From Eledone cirrhosa (lineage: Eukaryota), in assembly GCA_964016885.1 (NCBI GenBank), contig OZ024741.1, positions 303,304,001 through 303,368,000 on the forward strand: a DNA stretch of 64,000 bases. Direction: 5' to 3'. The translations under genes were made by a program, and so were the position numbers. The notes beneath the pieces are model-generated. The model searched no databases and was not told where the DNA came from. It worked only from the letters and a program-made list of their open reading frames with translations. Below, in pieces: positions 1-12,588 of the stretch; positions within the stretch are counted from its first letter, which is position 1; every line of letters begins with the position of its first letter.

Positions 1-1100
1 TGTTCCACACCGAATTGACGCTTGACTGGGAAATGCAGTGTGCCTGTGATTTGGCCCGTTGGAAACTGGTAATTAGCTTGTAAACCCTATTGTAATAAAT
101 AATTAGAAATATCTGGGTGGGAATCAACATAGCAGCAAGAATATTACTTAACTCTTAACGTCCTGTAATGATTTAGAAAATATTGAAAAGTGGATTTATT
201 TGTTCAAATGTTTATAGACTCTTTACTAGTGAACAGATTGTATGTAAACTAAAATTTGCTGTAAACTAAAGTAAAATATTTTAATTTTGAATGTGATGCT
301 GTCATAGTGCTGTTTTGTACTTGTTAATAAAGTTCCATGTGACACAGGACGTTAAAAGTCTATTATAATTTTCAAAAATCAAAAGCAACATTAATCGTTA
401 TACTCTCTCTCCTTGAATTATGTTCTCTCTGTCTGGCCCATTCCCCCTTCTCACTAGCTCCTTGCATTTTAGTGGCTTATTGGTTTGGTTGGGATGAGTA
501 AATTAAAAATAAAAAAATCAAAAAATCAAATACAATTTCTTTTTTCTTTCGGTGCTTTTCCACGCCTTTTTCTTTTAATTTATTTTTATTTTTATTTTTT
601 GGTTAATTATTAAAAAAGTTTGTTTACAATAAATATGTACTCCTCACCAACATCGACCACCACAACTACCACAAAACAAACAAACAAAAGAAAAACAAAA
701 CAACAACAACAGCGACAACTTTATTATCCGAATGAGAAATTTAATTGATAGCTATTTGTAAGGGCATTATTGGATTGGAATGAAAGAAAAAGAGAGAAAA
801 CAATTAAATAATGAAATTAAACGAAAGAGGGTGGTAGTAGACTCGACACATCGGTTTAGGTGGAATATCTCAGCTATAACCGAGGACACAATGGCGAAAA
901 CATTGCTTTGGTGAACGACCGTTTAAAACCCGTGTAGGTGTTCTGCCACACCTTGATGTTTTTAATATTCTTCAGCTGTCCAAATTGTGGTGCATGGCTT
1001 AATGTCAGGAATTATTTTCAGTTGCTCAGACTTTCACCGCGGCACTCCTTAATGGCACCCTATGAATTGAATCGTCAAAATCTTTTAAATGACAAGTGGT

Positions 1101-1215
1101 TGTTTATTGTCTGGTCTTAGTGTATTCTATAGAATTTGCAGGTGGTTAAATCAAAAGTATGACGGTTGAGGGCAACGAGTTCGTGTTCATTCAGCGGAGT
1201 TGCACTAAGATCTCT
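1101..1215. repeat. Dispersed ~115-bp repeat; second copy at ~24572-24685
   Basis: Near-identical tgtttattgtctggtctta.tgtattctatagaatttgcaggtgg...gcactaagatctctct, next to (CT)n(TA)n at both sites. Confidence 0.8.
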
Positions 1216-1466
1216 CTTTCCTTCTTTCATTCTCTCTCGCTCTCTCTCTCTCTCTATATATATATATAGATATATATATATAGATATATATATATATATA
1301 TATAGATAGATATATATAGATATATATATATATCTATATATATAGAATATATATATAAAGATATATATAGATATATATATATATATATATATAGATATAT
1401 GTGTAGATTTATATATATATATAGATATATATATATCTATATATCTATAGATATATAGATAGATAT

Positions 1467-1505
<39 letters not shown>

Positions 1506-1561
1506 TATAGATATATATAGATATATATATATATATAAATAGATATATATATATATTATAT

Positions 1562-1680
1562 ATATTGTTATACTTTGGGAGGGTCATGTTGCCAACATGA
1601 CCCTCCCAAAGTATAACAATATCGGTTTCAACACACGATTTCAGATAAAGAATCTTGCTAAACAAATTCAGAAACGAAAT
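1562..1680. repeat. 61-bp perfect palindrome (1562-1622) plus tail of a probable PLE pseudo-LTR (pLTR) family
   Basis: atattgttatactttgggagggtcatgttg-c-caacatgaccctcccaaagtataacaatat. The right arm and tail recur at 16819-16905, downstream of the HHR at 16650. A short reverse piece lies near 57950. Confidence 0.75.
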
Positions 1681-1759
1681 ATATTATATATAGATATATA
1701 TATATATTTATATATATATATATAGATATATATATATAGATAGATAAATATATATAGAG

Positions 1760-1796
<37 letters not shown>

Positions 1797-1931
1797 TATA
1801 TAGATATATATATATAGATAGATATATATATAGAGATATATAGATATAGATAGATAATATATAGATATAGATATAGATAGATATAGATATATATATAGAT
1901 ATATATATAGATATATATGATATATAGATAT

Positions 1932-2818
1932 GTTTCTTTTATTTGCCACCAGGGCATCAAAAGTGGGACAAGTACAATGGGGGGAGTTTACAAAACAAGG
2001 CGTCCTCAATAAGGAGGAGGCAATAACAATATATAAAAATAAAATAAAATATAACAAATAAAATTTATAACAAAGTCCTCAATAGAGAGGAGGCGCCTTG
2101 AGGGGTCGCACACACCCCCGAAAAAAAGTGTGCAACCCTTCTCAGGAGCACAGAGAAGGGGTGCTCCCTTGGTCTTTCATCTTCCTCACCTATAGTCTGA
2201 TGTAGAGTGAAGGCCCATTCACACGGGCCATTCTCGCCACTTTCACCCATCTTTCATAAAAACGGCTGGGGTGCAGCACCTCTCTCTCCATCCTGATCCT
2301 TCTTCCGAAATGATATCGGAAGAAACGGACCAGTTGTTGGCCAGAGAGAAAGGTGTCTGACCTCAGTCCTTTCAGACGCGTCCACCATACAACCTCTTTC
2401 GCCATGGCTATTACGCACAGAAACACCGCCTCTCCTTCGTTTTTGAAGAGGGGAGGAGGCTTGATGGTTACAATAGACTCGGTGGTCAACCGGATCGGTC
2501 CCACCCTTGACAGCAGTTGTTCGACATAGCCCCACAGATCGGCAATGCCCGAGCAGTGTACCAATGCGTGTGCAACGGTTTCCTCGTCGCACACGCATCT
2601 GGGACAGATCTTTTTCGATGGGTCCCTACCCGGGCGCCCGTGTCTGTAGAGCCTTTCTCGAACGGACAGAGCCCTTCTGTAGCATTGCCAGGCCAGGGAC
2701 CTCTGGAAGTTATCCATGGGTCCCGGGCTGAATGTCCTACCGAACAGGTTGGCCAGTTCGTCTTCCTCCATGCCTAGGGCTTCTCCGAGGGCGTCGTCGC
2801 ACCTGCTAACCACCAGCC
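1932..2818 (-). mobile_element. 5'-truncated Tx1/L1-type LINE: ORF2 C-terminus (zf-RVT-like zinc finger) plus 3' UTR
   Basis: ORF 2190-2813 has [17 protein letters not shown]...[18 protein letters not shown], the CCHC motif typical of L1/Tx1 ORF2 ends. Flanked by microsatellites. Confidence 0.85.
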
Positions 2819-2861
<43 letters not shown>

Positions 2862-2931
2862 ATATATATATATATATAATATATATATATATATATAATA
2901 TATATATATATATAGATATATATATATATAT

Positions 2932-2966
<35 letters not shown>

Positions 2967-2973
2967 TATATAT

Positions 2974-3012
<39 letters not shown>

Positions 3013-3417
3013 TATATATATATATATATATATATATAGATATATATATATATATATATATATAGATATATATATATATATATATATAGATATAGATATA
3101 TATATAGCTATATATATATATATATATATATAGCTATATATATATATATATATAGATATATATATATAGCTATATATATAAATATAAGGGTTATCATATA
3201 TATAAAATTAAAGATATATATATGTTGCAACTGTTCACTTTAAGCTCTATGAAGAATTAATAAATTAAAATAAAAAAATCAGAGCATTATATCATAAATC
3301 ATGTCTTTAGAATCATCAGATATTAAAATATATACTATTTCTTCTTCTAATTAGCATAATTAACGATATACAAAATCAAATCTAGCAAGCTTTAAGAATA
3401 AATTTTCTTTTGGGGAA

Positions 3418-4086
3418 ATACTCCGATTTTTTTCCTTGAATTCTTAAATTATTTGTGACTAATCCCGGTTTTTTTAAATAAAAACTGCGATAATATTGCT
3501 TTTTGCTGAACTCCTTTTGTAGAGTTTTTTTCAAAATGTATTTGACTGTTGTTTCTTGTAAACAAACATTCGCCTCATTCTGACGTCACTAGCCCTGTTT
3601 TCCTCATGTGCGTTTTTCATAATCACGCATGATGGTGAACTAACCAGTTTTAAAATTCCCTTTTTGGCATATAAATCTGTGAGAGTCCTGGTTATCGAGT
3701 TGAGCTCTGCTGACGATTGAAATCCAACCGTGACCATCTCCACTGAAAGTTTTCATGAAATAGTCTTTAAGACTATAGAGAGCATTTGAAGTTTTTCCAA
3801 ATTGAAGGATGAGTATTTTAGACTTTATTTTATCATGAGTTAAGGCTCTATTGATTTTTCCATGGATTTCACTAAATTCTGTGGATGAATTTATATCCTG
3901 AGGAAAACAGGGCTAGTGACGTCAGAATGAGGCGAATGTTTGTTTACAAGAAACAACAGTCAAATACATTCCGAAAAAAACTCTACAAAAGGAGTTCAGC
4001 AAAAAGGAATATTATCGCAGTTTTTATAAAAAAAACCGGGAATAGTCACAAATAATTTAAGCATTCAAGGAAAAAAATCCGAGTAT
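3418..4086. repeat. Inverted repeat with ~190-bp arms (3418-3606 / 3899-4086), probable PLE pLTR inversion
   Basis: The arms are near-perfect reverse complements. The right arm carries a degenerate HHR-like layout, CTGAGGA...GAAAC aaca GTC. Confidence 0.75.
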
Positions 4087-4166
4087 GAATATATAAATGA
4101 AAGGTATATATATATATATATATAGATATATATATATATAGATATAGATATATATATATAGATATA

Positions 4167-4344
<178 letters not shown>

Positions 4345-4429
4345 TATATAGATATAGATATATATATACATATATATATATATATAGAGATATAGATATA
4401 GATATATATAGATATATATATAGATATTG

Positions 4430-4468
<39 letters not shown>

Positions 4469-4561
4469 TATATATATATTATATATATATATATATTATA
4501 TATATATATATATTATATATATATATATTTATATATATATATATTATATATTATATATATC

Positions 4562-4609
<48 letters not shown>

Positions 4610-5277
4610 ATATAATGATATATATATATATAATATATATATATTATATATATATATATATATGATATATATATATATAATATATATATATATAATATAT
4701 ATATATAATATATATATATATATAATATATATATATGATATATATATATATAATATATATATATGATATATATATATATATGATATATATATATAATATA
4801 AATATATATATGATATATAATATATATATATGATATATATATATATAATATATATATATATGATATATAATATATATATATGATATATATATATATGATA
4901 TATATATATATATGATATATAATATATATATATGATATATATATATAATATATATATATATGATATATAATATATATATATATATATATGATATATATAT
5001 ATATAATATATATATATATATGATATATAATATATATATATGATATATATATATATGATATATATATATAATATATATATATGATATATATATATAATAT
5101 ATATATATATTATATATATGTATATATAATATATATATATATAATATATATATATATGTACATATAATATATATATATATATGATATATATGTATATATA
5201 ATATATCTATATATATATATGATATATATATATATAATATATATATATATATGATATATATAATATATATATATGAT

Positions 5278-5308
<31 letters not shown>

Positions 5309-5373
5309 GATATATATATATAATATATATATAGAGAGATTACATGAATCAAAGTTCTATTTAAATTATTTAT

Positions 5374-5422
5374 TTGCTTACAATTGTTTCTTCCAAACCG
5401 AGGTTTAGATTCTTCGGAGCAA
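5374..5422 (-). ncRNA. Type I hammerhead ribozyme motif, variant core CCGAAGA
   Basis: Reverse complement: ttgct CCGAAGA atctaaac-ctcg-gtttggaa GAAAC aatt GTA agcaa. Stem I is ttgct/agcaa; triplet GUA. Confidence 0.7.
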
Positions 5423-5884
5423 TTATTCAGTGATTTTTAACATACTTGACCTCCTTTTCAACACAAGAGACATATAGAAACATATGTATATATTGACCCA
5501 CAATGGGTTGACATCCATTATAATAATATAGCATGGTAATTTAGATACAAAGATTACAGTCATATTAAAGGAATCTGCCGCACTATAATCTTGTATAAAT
5601 AGGAGACGCGTGCATGCCACACGTGTGACTGTTGTATACACTGGCTACTCCAAACTTTCCTCTTGCTTTATCTTAGTAAACTGCCAATGTTTTATTTTAA
5701 TTTTAATTTTAATTTTAATTTTAAATTGAATTGTGTCCTTTAATATGACTGTAATCTTTGTATGTAAATTACCATGCTATATTATTATAATGGATGTCAA
5801 CCCACTGTGGGTCAATATATACATATGTTTCTATATGTCTCTTGTGATGAAAAGGAGGTCAAGTATGTTAAAATCACTGAATAA

Positions 5885-5933
5885 TTGCTCCGAAGACTCT
5901 AAACCTCGGTTTGGAAGAAACAATTGTAAGTAA
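5885..5933 (+). ncRNA. Type I hammerhead ribozyme motif, variant core CCGAAGA (inverted partner of 5374-5422)
   Basis: ttgct CCGAAGA ctctaaac-ctcg-gtttggaa GAAAC aatt GTA agtaa. Confidence 0.68.
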
Positions 5934-6338
5934 ATAAATAATTTAAACAGAACTTTGATTCATGTATTTTCTATATAACTGCTCTGTAAAACAACTGATG
6001 TTGTTACATTGAGCTATTTATCTTACTGGTAATAAGATAGTAATAAATTACTGTCTTTCACTATTTAGGGTATAAAATATATATAACTATAAAAGGTTTT
6101 AGTATATACATAAACATAAATAGTATCCTTAATACTATTATATATATATATATATATATATATGATATATATATATAATATATATATATATATAATATAT
6201 ATATATATATAATATATATATATAATATATATATATATATGATATATATATATATATAATATATATATATATATGATATATATATATATATACATATATG
6301 ATATATATATATATATATGATATATATATATACATTTA

Positions 6339-6387
<49 letters not shown>

Positions 6388-6670
6388 ATATATATATATG
6401 ATATATATATATATATGATATATATATATATGATATATATATATATATATATGATATATATATATATATATATGATATATATATATGATATATATATGAT
6501 ATATATATATATATATATGATATATATATATATGATATGATATGATATATATATGATATATATATGATATATTTATATATATGATATATATATATATATG
6601 ATGTATATATATATATATATGATATATATATATATATATATGATATATATATGATATATATATATATATA

Positions 6671-6760
<90 letters not shown>

Positions 6761-6907
6761 ATTAAAATACTGGAGCGTGTTGGAGTTAAACACCCTCTTC
6801 GTATTATAGAAATGACAGTAAAAGGTATAGCTCAATGTAATTAAACAGAGCCGAAGAATTATGAAAATAAAACAAAGAAGCCTTCAATACATCAAAAGTC
6901 TTTATTA

Positions 6908-6945
6908 GCCAACAATGTTTCGTACTATTAAGGACTCATCAGGGC
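6908..6945 (-). ncRNA. Minimal type I hammerhead ribozyme motif
   Basis: Reverse complement: gcc CTGATGA gtcc-ttaata-gtac GAAAC att GTT ggc, followed by taataaa. Sits in a ~215-bp island between (TA)n tracts. Confidence 0.75.
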
Positions 6946-6973
6946 AATCAAAACCACAAGAAGCACTATATTC

Positions 6974-7026
<53 letters not shown>

Positions 7027-7082
7027 ATATATATGATATATATATATATATATATATATGATATATATATGATATATATATA

Positions 7083-7231
<149 letters not shown>

Positions 7232-7329
7232 TATATATATATGATATATATATGATATATATATAATATATATATATATAATATATATATATATATGATA
7301 TATATATATATATGATATATATATATATA

Positions 7330-7679
7330 AGGTCCCGTCTTCCACATCTAGAATAAGGAGCAGGTATTGCAATAGCCTGGGATTCAAGGGCCCTCAACTC
7401 TTCAACAGGCTGCCGAGGGATCTGAGAGATTTGCATGACGTGGAGGTGGATGTCTTCAAGAAACATCTCGGCACCTTGTTATCCAGGATCACGGATGAGC
7501 CCACAGCAAGACACGAGGGAAACCTAAGGGTAGCAGCAACAAACTCCCTCTTACACCAGTGGCCAACCTATACAGGCTGGAGATAAAATGTGTAGCAACA
7601 AGGGCGGTACCCCAGCATGGCCTCAGCCGGATGGCTGAAACAGGTAAAAGAGTAAAAGAGTAAAAGAGTAAAAGAGTAA
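7330..7679 (+). mobile_element. 3' end of a CR1/Crack-like LINE with (GTAAAAGA)n tail
   Basis: Translates as [17 protein letters not shown]...[18 protein letters not shown]...AATNSL, a typical CR1-group ORF2 C-terminus. Tandem-repeat tail at ~7644-7679. Confidence 0.8.
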
Positions 7680-7770
7680 TATATATTTATATATATATGA
7701 TATATATATATATTATATATATAATATATATATATATGATATATATATATATATATTATATATATATATA

Positions 7771-7811
<41 letters not shown>

Positions 7812-8526
7812 ATATATATGATATATATATATATATATATATATATCATATATATATATATATATGATATATATATATATGATATATATATGATATATAT
7901 ATCTATATATGATATATATATATATATGATATATATATATATATGATATATATATATATATATATGATATATATGATATATATATATATATGATTATATA
8001 TATATATATATATATATATGATATATATATATGATATATATATATGATATATATATATATGATATATTATATATATATATATGATATATATATATATGAT
8101 ATATATATATATGATATATATATATGATATATATATATGATATATATGATATACATATATATATATGATATATATATATATATGGTATATATATGTGATT
8201 TATATATATATATGATATATATATATATATGATATATATATATATATATGATATATATATATATATATGATATATATATGTATATATATATTATATATAT
8301 ACATGATATATATACATGATATATATATATATATATATATGATATATATATATATATTATATATATATCTATGATATATATATATTATATATATATATAT
8401 ATTATATATATAAATATATTATATATATATATATATATGATATATATATATATATATGATATACATATATATATTATATATATATATATATGATATATAT
8501 ATATATATGATATATATATATATATA

Positions 8527-8563
<37 letters not shown>

Positions 8564-8652
8564 ATATATATATGATATATATATATATATATATGATATA
8601 TATATATGATATATTTATATATATATGATATATATAAATATATGATATATAT

Positions 8653-8694
<42 letters not shown>

Positions 8695-8818
8695 ATATAT
8701 ATATATGATATATATATATGATATATATATATATATAATATATCTATGATATATATATATATACGATATATATATATATGTATGATATATATATATATAT
8801 GATATATATATATATATA

Positions 8819-8885
<67 letters not shown>

Positions 8886-9003
8886 ATATTTATGATATAT
8901 ATATATTATATATATATATATATGATATATATATATATATATATATGGTATATATATATATGATATATATATATATATATATATGATATATATATATATG
9001 ATA

Positions 9004-9043
<40 letters not shown>

Positions 9044-9251
9044 TATATAATATATATATATGATATATATATATATATGATATATATATATATATATATG
9101 ATATATATATGATATATATATATATGATATATATATATATATATATGATATATATATATATATATGATATATATATATATATTTATGATATATATATATA
9201 TATATATATGATATATATATATATGATATATATATATATGATATATATATA

Positions 9252-9375
<124 letters not shown>

Positions 9376-9415
9376 ATATATATATATATATATATGATAT
9401 ATATATATATATATA

Positions 9416-9714
9416 TGAGGATGAAAAACTCGGAGCTGTATGGGAGCATCCCAAAAGTCAGCTCAAAAGTGACACAGTGGAGAGTAAGTTTAGCTGGACA
9501 TGCTCACCGACATCCAGAGTTGACATTGCACTCAGTACTCCTTTGGGAGCCCCTACATGGACACACTAGAAGGGGAAGACCAAGGTTAACGTATGTTGAT
9601 GCCCTAAGGACAGACACTGGTCTGTTGGAGACGCAGGACATGGCAGCGATAATGAGGGACAGAGACCGCTGGAGAGAACTCGTCCATGGATCCCGGGAAT
9701 TTTACCCGCCTTAG
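9416..9714 (+). mobile_element. RTE-clade LINE 3' fragment
   Basis: NSELYGSIPKVSSKV...LAGHAHRHPE...LLWEPLHGHTRRGRPRLTYVDAL...MRDRDRWR, an RTE-type C-terminus. Same family at 17862 and 62190. Confidence 0.88.
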
Positions 9715-10397
9715 AGATAATGATTACTTATTTTAAGATTAACTTCTTTAAAAATTTTCAAATGTCAATACTTCCGCTTATAATATAACGGATGCTATAT
9801 CACATCACTTATATAAATGTTCATATATTTGCATCGTTATATCATAACGTTTACATTTCTGTCGCTAATTTTCTCTTTTTTCGTTTTCATTACATTTCAC
9901 CGTAATGCAGTTTATATATAATATCGTCTTTTTTTAATGTATCCTGGATTAATTTACTGATTACAGAAGACGGTGTAACAGTTTCTCTTCAATTTCTGTG
10001 TATATTGTCAATTACGATTTTATTTGATGTACCACTCGAAGGGTGGTTTTTCTGCTAGTATATTTAATTTCTTTACATTCTGAGATTAAATCCTTCCGAG
10101 GATTCGACTTTTCCTTTCCTTCTTTTCAGATTGAAATGCTCTAATAGGCCCAGCATAACCACCAGAGTCATCTTAACAGCATTATTGGCTCTCAGTCAAA
10201 GCAATGCACTGGGGCCCCTAATTTTTACTTGTGGCGGCGTTCACCCGGAGCGGGTTGAGCCTGTTCCATCAAAGGTATTCACGATGTAAGTTCATTTCAA
10301 TGGAGTTTCTTCAAGCGATTGGTTTCACAAGCGGTGCCCAACAGCAAGTATATGCACTTTCGCTTAGTGCAATCCAAGCATTGCATCAGTTATAACG
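9559..10397 (+). repeat. ~840-bp segment duplicated in inverted orientation at 61507-62345
   Basis: Base-by-base comparison shows only scattered substitutions. Confidence 0.93.
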
Positions 10398-10790
10398 TCT
10401 TCAAAATGCTTTTAATTAAGCATAAAGTGTATTGAAAAATACATTATATATACATTCATATATATATTGCTATTTCAGAGCTCCAATTCTAATTTTTAAT
10501 TTCTACCTGACCGGCAACCGCTCTGTATAATCAGTTCCTGATTATTTACTAGAATTCTATAAGAATATAACATCAGTGATCTCAGTAGACAGGAGGGAGT
10601 AGTTAGCCTTGATAAGCATCAATAAATGCGAAACAAGGCCTTGTCGGCTTATCTCCCCTTGTTTGCTGAGATTAAAGTAAGTGAGTTTGTCACTACTCTA
10701 AAACAATAGCATACGGTCTTCAAAATGCTTTTAATTAAGCATAAAGTGTATTGCAAAATACATTATATATACATTCATATATATATATAT
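10397..10790 (+). mobile_element. Probable PLE pLTR with partial direct repeat (10397-10465 / 10717-10785) and decayed HHR at 10605-10649
   Basis: ~70-bp direct repeat gtcttcaaaatgcttttaattaagcataaagtgtattg... HHR: agcc TTGATAA gcat-caataa-atgc GAAAC aag-gc-ctt GTC ggct, with two core transitions relative to CTGATGA. Confidence 0.65.
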
Positions 10791-10825
10791 ATTATACATA
10801 TATATATTATATATATATATATATG

Positions 10826-10856
<31 letters not shown>

Positions 10857-10894
10857 ATATATATATCATATATATGATATATATCATATATATG

Positions 10895-10931
<37 letters not shown>

Positions 10932-11076
10932 ATATATATATGATATATATATATATATGTTATATATATTATATATATATATATATATATGATATATATA
11001 TATATATGATATATATATTATATATATATATATGATATATATATTATATATATATATATGATATATATATATGATA

Positions 11077-11125
<49 letters not shown>

Positions 11126-11139
11126 ATATATGATATATA

Positions 11140-11220
<81 letters not shown>

Positions 11221-11290
11221 ATATATATATATTTTATTTCTATCGTAATCAAGTGCGCTAAACCTATATCGTTTATAGGTTTTTCTACGG

Positions 11291-11618
11291 ATGGGCAGAA
11301 ATAACAAAATAGCCATGGTGATATCCATGGATGAAATATGCGGCAAAACTGGTCGATGTTCCAAAATAGAACATTGCCCAGAAAATCACATCTGCCATAT
11401 CTGTACGGAACCCGAAAACTCGTTCCGTAATAGTTGGGTCGAATGTGGAACCTGTCACATATCTGTCTGCCTACAATGCGCCACAGGCTTCCGGAAGATT
11501 CCAGGCCAAAACAAGAAACATCATATTGCTATGATGGATAGACTCTGGGAAATGGTCCAGCTAACAAATTGGTCGTTTCAGTACCTGGACTATATGCCTG
11601 CCTCTCCCATTGCTGCGG

Positions 11619-11650
<32 letters not shown>

Positions 11651-12563
11651 AAACCGAAGATCGTGTCTTCTTCTACCATTGTTCCCGAACAACAAAAAAA
11701 AACGAAGATCGTGTCTTCTTCTACCATTGTTCCTGAACAACAGCAAAAACCAACGACCGTAGCTTCTGCTACTACCCCCGTTGAAGGACTTCATCAACAA
11801 CAGCAACCCATGTCTTCTTCCCCCGTTACTTTTCAGCAACAACAACCGACGACTGTGTCTTCCCTACCATGCCTGTTGAAGGAGAAGAACAACAACAAAA
11901 CCGACCGTCAATACGGAGTTTGAGGAAATACGGCAAATGATTTCCGCTTTAAGCCGAGAAATAGCGGGAATAAAATCAAGCGTTCGTGTAGAACCCCACA
12001 ATGAAGGATCTTACCGGAGTGCTTTGTTAAAAAATCTCCGCGTACCTCATGTTGAACCTAGACGCATTGAGAATGCCACTGAATCTGCAAACCACGAAGT
12101 GATTGCCATTGGTGTACCAGAAGACATAGTTGATCTTCAGGCATTTGCTGCCAGTTCATCCAAAGACTTGGGCTGTGCTCCCGCAAAGGGTGATCTACGC
12201 CTTGGCCGACCAGGCCCGAAACCCAGGCTAATTAGACTGTCGTTTTCAAACTCAACTGAGGCACGTTCATACCTTGTAGCCTCTGATAAAGCTAGGCGTG
12301 AAAGTCGGATTGCTTCCCGAACACGCCCTGGTCTTCCACCTGATGTCCGCCCAAAGTTGCGTGCTGCAGCTTCCTTAAACCGCAGCTCGGCAGAACATGA
12401 AAGCTTCAGCCTACGAGATGATGGAAATTTGTTAAGGCTGGTGAAACATGGAAAAGAGATTCCAGCTGGTCTGAAAACACTGTACCCACAACAACTGACA
12501 ATAAAGAAACTGAAAAAACTCTGGGAAACTAAATCAGAACAACCTGCCATCCCCTGCACATAA
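11291..12563 (+). pseudogene. LINE ORF1: PHD-like Cys/His finger, Gln-rich linker and C-terminal domain, split by a frameshift
   Basis: CHICTEPEN...WVECGTCHISVCLQC in 11291-11923. Continues in another frame at 11937-12563 (RLGRPGPKPRLIRLSF). Confidence 0.75.
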
Positions 12564-12588
12564 TCATATACTGGAATCAAGGTACAAA

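Larger units (their letters stand above)
5341..6135. mobile_element. PLE pLTR remnant with ~230-bp inverted arms (5341-5572 / 5736-5966)
   Basis: Arms are reverse complements with few mismatches, and each carries an HHR motif. Flanked by (TA)n on both sides. Confidence 0.8.

Noticed and set aside
3610-3898. THPSIWK-like peptide suggesting a MULE transposase
   Set aside because: A single short motif without in-frame support.
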